DNA of 64,000 nt from Chloroflexota bacterium (GTDB lineage: Bacteria > Chloroflexota > UBA11872 > VXOZ01). The stretch lies in the NCBI GenBank assembly GCA_965221905.1, contig OZ244922.1, positions 2,816,001-2,880,000 of the forward strand, in the 5' to 3' direction. Within the stretch, counting starts at the first letter, position 1. Each line of letters begins with the position of its first letter. A program made the position numbers and the translations under genes. Below, piece after piece: positions 57,773 through 64,000 of this stretch. Under the pieces are notes generated by a model. The model was not told the origin of the DNA and did not search any database. It was given only the letters and a program-made list of their open reading frames with translations.

Positions 57773-59407
57773 ATGGCAAAGCAGGTAGTACTGAATGAAG
57801 AAGCCCGGCGCGCGCTAATGGCCGGCATCGAGCAGGTGGCCGAAGCAGTCGAGTCCACCCTCGGCCCCAAGGGGCGCAACGTAGCACTGGGCAAGAAGTA
57901 TGGCGCGCCGGTCGTGACCCACGACGGCGTCACTGTCGCCAAGGAAATCGAACTTGAGGATGGGCTTCAAAACGTCGGCGCCCAGCTCATCAAGGAAGCA
58001 GCGAGCAAGACCAATGATGTCGCCGGTGACGGCACCACGACCGCGACCGTGCTCGCCCACACCCTCATAACTGAGGGACACCGCAACGTGGTTGCCGGTG
58101 TGAACCCCATGATCATGAAGCGCGGCCTGGAGCAAGCCACCCGCGTCGTGGTTGACGAACTGCGGCAGATCGCCACGCCCGTAACGGGCAAGGCGCAAGT
58201 TGCCGAAGTTGCCTCTATCTCTGCTGCCGATAGCGAGATCGGCGATCTCATTGGCGACGTGATGGACAAGGTCGGCAAAGACGGCGTCATCACGGTGGAA
58301 GAGGGTCGCGGCATTGGTTTCTCGGTTGAGTACGTGGAAGGTATGGAGTTCGACCGCGGCTACATCTCTCCTTACTTTGTCACCAACTCCGACCGAATGG
58401 AAGCCTCTATCGAGGACCCGTACATCTTCATCACCGACAAGAAGCTTAGCGCCGGCAACGACGTGCTGCCGCTACTCGAAAAATTCGTGCAATCCGGGCA
58501 GAAGAGCCTGGTAGTCATTGCTGAAGATGTCGAGGGCGAGGCCCTGGCAATGCTAGTCGTGAACAAGATGCGTGGTGTGTTGAACTGTGTCGCCCTCAAG
58601 GCTCCCGGCTACGGCGATCGCCGCAAAGAGATGCTGCAGGACATGGCAGTCCTAACCGGCGGTCAGGTGATTTCCGAAGAGTTGGGGCGACGCCTCGACC
58701 AAGTGGCGCTCGAGGACCTCGGTCGTGCCCGCCGCGTCGTTTCCGATAAGGACAACACGACGTTCGTCGAGGGACACGGTGATTCCGAGGAAGTCAAGGG
58801 TCGCATCAACCAGATCAGGGCTCAGGTTGAAGAGACCACGAGTGACTACGACCGCGAAAAACTGGAAGAGCGCGTAGCGAAGATGTCCGGTGGCGTGGCG
58901 GTCATCAACGTGGGTGCGGCCACCGAGGTTGAGTTGAAAGAGAAGAAGCACCGCGTCGAGGATGCACTCTCGGCGACGCGCGCTGCGGTTGAGGAAGGCA
59001 TCGTCCCCGGTGGCGGCATTGCACTACTCAACGCTCTGCCCGCTCTGGACGGCCTAAAGCTCGACAGCGACGAAGCCGTTGCGGTGAAAATCATGGCCCG
59101 TGCACTGGAAGCGCCGATTCGCCGCATCGCGCAGAATGCCGGCCAGGATGGCTCCGTCATTGCCCAAGAGGTTCGCCGCTTGGCCAAGAGCCGCCGCAAT
59201 AAGAACGTTGGCTTCGACGTGCTCACCGCTGAGTATGTTGACATGATTGAGGCGGGCATTATCGACCCGCTGAAGGTCACCCGTTCGGCAGTCGAGAATG
59301 CGGCCTCGGTTGCGGCCATGGTGCTGACAACCGACGCGTTGGTGGTTGACATTCCGGAACCGCCCGCACCCGCGCCCGCCGAAGGCGAAGGTGGGATGCC
59401 TTACTAA
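57773..59407 (+). CDS. groEL: Chaperonin GroEL (no adjacent groES)
   Basis: [49 protein letters not shown]. Confidence 0.98.
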   Translation: MAKQVVLNEEARRALMAGIEQVAEAVESTLGPKGRNVALGKKYGAPVVTHDGVTVAKEIELEDGLQNVGAQLIKEAASKTNDVAGDGTTTATVLAHTLITEGHRNVVAGVNPMIMKRGLEQATRVVVDELRQIATPVTGKAQVAEVASISAADSEIGDLIGDVMDKVGKDGVITVEEGRGIGFSVEYVEGMEFDRGYISPYFVTNSDRMEASIEDPYIFITDKKLSAGNDVLPLLEKFVQSGQKSLVVIAEDVEGEALAMLVVNKMRGVLNCVALKAPGYGDRRKEMLQDMAVLTGGQVISEELGRRLDQVALEDLGRARRVVSDKDNTTFVEGHGDSEEVKGRINQIRAQVEETTSDYDREKLEERVAKMSGGVAVINVGAATEVELKEKKHRVEDALSATRAAVEEGIVPGGGIALLNALPALDGLKLDSDEAVAVKIMARALEAPIRRIAQNAGQDGSVIAQEVRRLAKSRRNKNVGFDVLTAEYVDMIEAGIIDPLKVTRSAVENAASVAAMVLTTDALVVDIPEPPAPAPAEGEGGMPY

Positions 59408-59436
59408 GGCAACCGGTTCTCAGTACCGAGAATTGA

Positions 59437-59469
59437 GAGGGGGCTCCCCAAGGGGAGCCCCCTCATTTT
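59437..59469 (+). terminator. Intrinsic terminator after groEL
   Basis: GAGGGGGCTCCCC-AA-GGGGAGCCCCCTC followed by ATTTT. Confidence 0.8.
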
Positions 59470-59608
59470 GCGTCTTTTGGCGGATTGGTGTCTCTTGCCG
59501 CACCCGCAGTAACGGTCCGCTCTCAGACCGTTGCTCTGCCACGAACCATCGCTCCGGTCGGCATACTCCGTCGTATATTAATTCGATGCCAGGAAAGATA
59601 CTAGCACA

Positions 59609-62059
59609 TTAGCTTCGTAGCTTGGAGTTGCCGGGGTCGTACAACGGTTCGTCCGTTACCGTGGCTTCGTACCGCCTGCCGAAGTACTCGATTTCCACTG
59701 TCGTGCCGGTCATTGCATACTCGAGCGGCAAGTACCCGTACGCGATGCTCCGGCCTACGGTGTACCCAACGTTTGCGCTGGTCACATAACCGAGCACGCG
59801 CTCACCGTCGAGGATGGGCTCTTTTCCCAGCACAACCTGGTTAGGATCGGACATGGTGAGGCAACAGAGTCGCCGCTCAATGCCCGCTTCTCTGATGCGC
59901 ATGAGCGCCTCACGGCCGAGAAAGTTGCCCTTGTTGAGCTTGACCGCCCATCCTAAACCTGCTTCGTAGGGATTGTATTCGGTATGGATATCAGTGCCCC
60001 AAAGACGGTATCCCTTCTCCAAGCGCAGCGATTCGAACGCCCCGCCGCCGGCCGCGACAATGCCAATGGCTTGTCCCGCTTCCCATAGGGCATCCCACAC
60101 GTTCAGACCGTATTCGGTAGGGACGTAGATTTCCCAGCCCAATTCGCCGACGTACGAGACGCGCAGTGCACGCGCAGGCGCCGCGCCTATGGTGACTTGC
60201 TTGCTTGCAAAGTAGGGAAATGCTCGGTTGGATACGTCCTCATGGCAAACACGCTGCAGCACTTCCCGCGCCTTCGGCCCCCACAAGCCGATACCGCAAT
60301 ACTCAGAAGTGACGTCGCTGATCGCTACTGAACCATCATCGGGCGCGTGGCTGCGCATCCACGCCAAATCGCGCGTACCGCTGGCGCCGCCGGTAAGCAC
60401 AAGAAAGCGGTCCCGCGCCAGACGTGTAAGTGTTAGGTCGCACTGAATGCCGGCGTTCTGATTCAACATCGCCGTATACACAACCTTGCCCACCGGACGA
60501 TCAAGCTGGTTCGCGGTTATTGACTGGAGAAACTCCAACGCACTGGGGCCACTAACCTCTATCTTGGTGAAAGCAGTCAGGTCGTACATGGCCGCGCGCT
60601 CGCGGGTAGCGCGGTGTTCGCCGGCCTGAATTGGGCTCCACTGCTGCGCCTCCCAGCCGGAGCGGACCGGCACGGCGCATTCTGTAATGAGGTCTTCGTT
60701 GACCCCGAACCACTGGGGGCGTTCCCAACCCGCGCTCTCGAAGAAGACTGCTCCAAGGGCCTCCAAACGCGGCTGGAACGGACTGCACCGCACGTTGCGG
60801 GGGTTCTCTAACTGCTGCTGTGGATGAATGATATCGTAGACCTCGCGGTATTGCTGCGCCCCGCGCGCCTTCACGTACGCCGGGGAGTGCGCGTGCGCCG
60901 GGAACCGATTGTAGTCGGCCTCCCGCAGGTCTAGGCTCGTTACGCCGTTAGTCATCCACTCAGCTACTACATTGCCCACACCACCCCCATGGGTGATCCA
61001 CACGGCCTCTGCGACCCATAGTCCGTTCACCTGCGGAGACTCACCCAAGATGGGCAGACCGTCCGGCGTGAAGGAAAACATGCCGTTGAAAGCGTCGGTC
61101 AGATCGAGGTCACGCAGGGCGGGGAAGAGCTCTCCTGCCGCGCGTCGCGCAACCGTAAAGTGCTCCGGCGTGAAGTCCATCATGGCCGGTGAACGCTTCG
61201 CCTGCGCATGGCTGAGAATGTCTTCGGCGTCCACGACCAGCGGTTCATGCTTGTACGACCCGATGCCGTAGCAGTCGGCCTCCTGGCGAAAGTACATGGC
61301 GTAGTCCTGGTGCCGCACAATGGGATGGGCCACCTCACGGCTTTCGCCCTGCAGCGCGGGCACTGGCGCGGTGCGCGCGTATTGGTGTTGCACGGGCATC
61401 AGCGGGATGGAAACACCCGCCATACGTCCCACGCGCGGCCCCCAGATACCGGCGCAGATAAGCACCGTTTCGGCGGTTATGCGGCCTACCGTTGTTTCCA
61501 CCCCCTGCACCCGCCCCGCCTTGACTATGATGTCAGTGACCGTCGTGTTCCCGTAGAACGACGCACCGTAGCCCTCGGCATAGCGGGACATTGCCTCCGC
61601 GGCGCGCACCGGCTTTGCGATGCCGTCGCTGGGCACGTGATAAGCGCCGTGAATTACGCCGGGGTTGAGCAGCGGCACGAGATCGTGCGCCTCTTGGGGA
61701 GAAATCAAGCGAGCTTCCAGCCCATACGACTTGGCAAAACCCAGCTTGCGGTGCAGGTCCTGCCAGCGCCCCGCCGTATAAGCCACCTCCAGACTGCCCA
61801 CGCCATACCAGCATGGCTGACCGTCCAATTCAAGCCCGCTATAGAGCTTCACCGTATCCTTAGCCAACGTGGTCATCAGCTTGGAGGCGTTAGTCTGGAA
61901 CACCAAGCCGGGCGCGTGGGAGCTGGAACCGCCGGTGTCGAAGAGCGGCCCCTGGTCTACCACCACAATATCCCGCCAGCCGCGTCTAGTGAGGTGATAA
62001 GCAACACTGCACCCCACTATACCCGCGCCAATGATGACGAGACGCGCATGCGACTGCAC
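59609..62059 (-). CDS. Dimethylglycine oxidase/dehydrogenase (FAD + GcvT domains)
   Basis: GAGIVG, GSSSHAPGLVFQT, FTPDG.P..G, GWERP.W, SYVGELGWE, LRLEKGY. Confidence 0.9.
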   Translation of the reverse strand: MQSHARLVIIGAGIVGCSVAYHLTRRGWRDIVVVDQGPLFDTGGSSSHAPGLVFQTNASKLMTTLAKDTVKLYSGLELDGQPCWYGVGSLEVAYTAGRWQDLHRKLGFAKSYGLEARLISPQEAHDLVPLLNPGVIHGAYHVPSDGIAKPVRAAEAMSRYAEGYGASFYGNTTVTDIIVKAGRVQGVETTVGRITAETVLICAGIWGPRVGRMAGVSIPLMPVQHQYARTAPVPALQGESREVAHPIVRHQDYAMYFRQEADCYGIGSYKHEPLVVDAEDILSHAQAKRSPAMMDFTPEHFTVARRAAGELFPALRDLDLTDAFNGMFSFTPDGLPILGESPQVNGLWVAEAVWITHGGGVGNVVAEWMTNGVTSLDLREADYNRFPAHAHSPAYVKARGAQQYREVYDIIHPQQQLENPRNVRCSPFQPRLEALGAVFFESAGWERPQWFGVNEDLITECAVPVRSGWEAQQWSPIQAGEHRATRERAAMYDLTAFTKIEVSGPSALEFLQSITANQLDRPVGKVVYTAMLNQNAGIQCDLTLTRLARDRFLVLTGGASGTRDLAWMRSHAPDDGSVAISDVTSEYCGIGLWGPKAREVLQRVCHEDVSNRAFPYFASKQVTIGAAPARALRVSYVGELGWEIYVPTEYGLNVWDALWEAGQAIGIVAAGGGAFESLRLEKGYRLWGTDIHTEYNPYEAGLGWAVKLNKGNFLGREALMRIREAGIERRLCCLTMSDPNQVVLGKEPILDGERVLGYVTSANVGYTVGRSIAYGYLPLEYAMTGTTVEIEYFGRRYEATVTDEPLYDPGNSKLRS

Positions 62060-62395
62060 GGAACATTCTCCTCTGTTAGCTCTGAGTTACCGGATCGAAC
62101 AGAATCTCAAGCAGGTATGTCTTCCGGTCGCTACATGAACGCCAAGAGGTCAACAGGCGGCTGCCCGGGCCACCCCACGCAAGAACGCTCCCGTAAGCAC
62201 CGGTGTGCAGCCGCGCGGTAGAGGAATTCCCCTCTCCCCGGGGAGATGGAACCGGAGAGGCAAGTACCTAAACACCTCAATGCGGCCAGTGCGCTCTTGC
62301 CAGTGCAAGAGCGATCCTCGTAAGCCAGCCGTAGCGCAGGGGCTTGTCCCCCACCTCTTGGCGCCTGGAGTTAACCCCGCTCTCGGGGCGGGCGC

Positions 62396-63370
62396 TTAGC
62401 TCTCCTGTCGCCGTTCCCAGTTGAACTCCGTTTCGCTCATGGGCTTATCGGGGTCCGGTTGCCAAATCTGCTCTTCTTGATGCTTGCCCAGCACTTTCGC
62501 CATCTCACGCAGGTGGATGGCAACCGCCCCACAGCAGGCTCCGATGAAGTTCACGCCCATGGCTTTCGACTTCAGCGCGTAGTCCGCCATCTCGTAGCGA
62601 GTCATTTGTGTTGGCCCCAGCTTGTCCGGAAATGCCGAGGTACCCGTAAACCAGGGAACCTCGTCGCTGGTGCGGTGCGCAACCGGCTGCGCGGCGATGT
62701 AAGCGTCAGTGGCGTCGCGCATCTCTTGGAGTATAGGATACGTGTGCACGGGATCCCGCATGCAGTTCACACCGACTATCTCCGCGCCTGCATCTGCCAG
62801 CATACGCGCGCAATCGGCCGCGGAATAGCCGTCGTCCGTTTCCGTCGTGGCGCGGTACGACATGGTGATCATGGCCGGCAGATTTGTCTTGGCCTTGATG
62901 CGTTCCAAACAGAGCAGCGCTTCACCCAAGTGCCAGAAGGTCTCACCAATGAAGAAATCCACGCCTTCCTGCGCCTCGATCTGCTCGTCAAATATGCCGG
63001 CAATCTCGGCATTGCTCGACTCGCTGTCCGCCTCCCATTTCCACGTCGCGCTCAGGTCACCGGCCACGAGCGCATCATCACCGGCAACGTCCTTCGCAAT
63101 CTGGGTCGTCTTCTGATTTATCTCAAAGGTCTGGTCGGCCTTGCCAACGGTTTCGAGCTTGCTGCGGCTGCCGTAAAACGCCATGACTTGCAGGACTTCC
63201 GAACCTGCGCGCAGAAACTCGCGGTGCAATTCCCGAATGGCATCAGGGTTTTCAAGCGCCAGTTCCGGCGTAAAAGCGCCTGCGATGACATACCCGCGCT
63301 TTTCCAGTTCGACAATATAGCCGCCGTCGCCAAGGACGACATCATCTGCCAACATCTCCAAAATGCCCAT
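62396..63370 (-). CDS. Betaine-homocysteine S-methyltransferase-like protein
   Basis: GDGGY..ELEKRGY..AG.FTPE, HREFLRAGS, GVNC and GACC Zn ligands. Confidence 0.8.
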   Translation of the reverse strand: MGILEMLADDVVLGDGGYIVELEKRGYVIAGAFTPELALENPDAIRELHREFLRAGSEVLQVMAFYGSRSKLETVGKADQTFEINQKTTQIAKDVAGDDALVAGDLSATWKWEADSESSNAEIAGIFDEQIEAQEGVDFFIGETFWHLGEALLCLERIKAKTNLPAMITMSYRATTETDDGYSAADCARMLADAGAEIVGVNCMRDPVHTYPILQEMRDATDAYIAAQPVAHRTSDEVPWFTGTSAFPDKLGPTQMTRYEMADYALKSKAMGVNFIGACCGAVAIHLREMAKVLGKHQEEQIWQPDPDKPMSETEFNWERRQES

Positions 63371-63523
63371 ATCTAAAGCTGCTCCCTTCGAGGCATGCCC
63401 TTCAATACACGTTCAATGAATTCAACTTGGGCTGAAAAAAGGTTCGTTGCATCTTCGCTGCAGGCTGCAAATCCTTTACTAATGATCCAGTGCCCTTCAC
63501 CGGCTTTGAATGAGAGTAAACTG

Positions 63524-64000
63524 CTACGTCACTCGCGCCCCGGCGAGAAGCTCATTGGGCACTGCCGACATCACCTTCTGCAGCCCGGAAGCGACTTCGT
63601 GTGCATCCTCTTCCGTCCAGTCCATGCTCAAGTGATATTCGCATACGCGCGGCAGCAGTTCCTCAGCATTGGGGCAGAGCCCCGGGCCGTAGTCCGCCGT
63701 CCCGTCATAGAACCTTGCATCCCAGGGCGACGGGCCGTCATGCCACATGCGCTTCTTCAATATGGAATCATGCATGTACACTGGCTGGCCGTTGTACGGA
63801 TGCTTGATCGGCACGCCCTCCGCTGCCAGCGCCTGTCTTGCCCACGCACAGAGTTCTGCCGTTTCGAAGATAAACCCCGGACTGACACCGGCATCGCCCG
63901 CGGGATCTGCCATGGGTCGCACGCGTACGCCGGGCATGCCGCGCACGCTATCTTTGATTATGCCGCCCAGGTGGCGCACGTGCGCGCGCAGCCGCTCGAG
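63524..64000 (-). CDS. DegT/DnrJ/EryC1/StrS-type aminotransferase, C-terminal part (starts outside window)
   Basis: AL.AEGVP, Y..P.Y, Y..GLCPNAE, followed by a T.ED-like C-terminal signature. Confidence 0.65.
   Translation of the reverse strand, partial: LERLRAHVRHLGGIIKDSVRGMPGVRVRPMADPAGDAGVSPGFIFETAELCAWARQALAAEGVPIKHPYNGQPVYMHDSILKKRMWHDGPSPWDARFYDGTADYGPGLCPNAEELLPRVCEYHLSMDWTEEDAHEVASGLQKVMSAVPNELLAGARVT

Noticed and set aside
62060-62395. Glycine riboswitch before the DMG oxidase
   Set aside because: No GGAGA/CCGAAG/CTCAGG aptamer pattern; only GC hairpins and degenerate REP-like pieces.
63440-63520. SAM-I riboswitch upstream of the BHMT-like gene
   Set aside because: The minus-strand 5' part CTCTCATTCAAAGCCGGTGAAGGGCACTGG loosely resembles SAM-I, but I find no P1 partner or correctly placed GCAACC. 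An Rfam scan would settle it.
1-64000. Genome-wide TAG recoding; tRNA/rRNA genes
   Set aside because: Many conserved genes end properly at TAG, and I recognised no tRNA or rRNA signatures by eye.

Overview
Gene-dense, GC-rich bacterial chromosomal window. It is probably from a member of the Chloroflexota, inferred from the YYY/TIGR03663-type GT-C pair, the DUF58-TgpA pair, the DUF948/YtxH trio and the style of the Tat-lipoproteins. It mixes housekeeping genes (glyA, sthA, coaE, rlmD-like, groEL) with accessory catabolic and envelope genes. I found no rRNA, tRNA or CRISPR. Two apparently identical 1186-bp IS5-family copies in opposite orientation sit in palindromic CTAG-centred targets, and one splits a ~1080-aa GT-C-like gene next to its intact paralog. 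The most unusual signal is non-coding and involves GTAG/CGTC-type palindromic repeats (REP-like): (i) three loci where degenerate tandem copies of the 5' half of a REP are stacked on the head side of an intact REP, (ii) the same ~22-nt unit nested inside larger repeats, and (iii) REP heads at both breakpoints of a tandem gene duplication. Unusual coding signals are a subtilase with Cys at the catalytic Ser, a transglutaminase with Ala at the catalytic Cys, an animal-type BHMT next to dimethylglycine and sarcosine oxidases, and a small decayed island (amber-interrupted gene, HicB-like relic, phage-like relic). All family calls come from motif recognition by eye, not from database searches.
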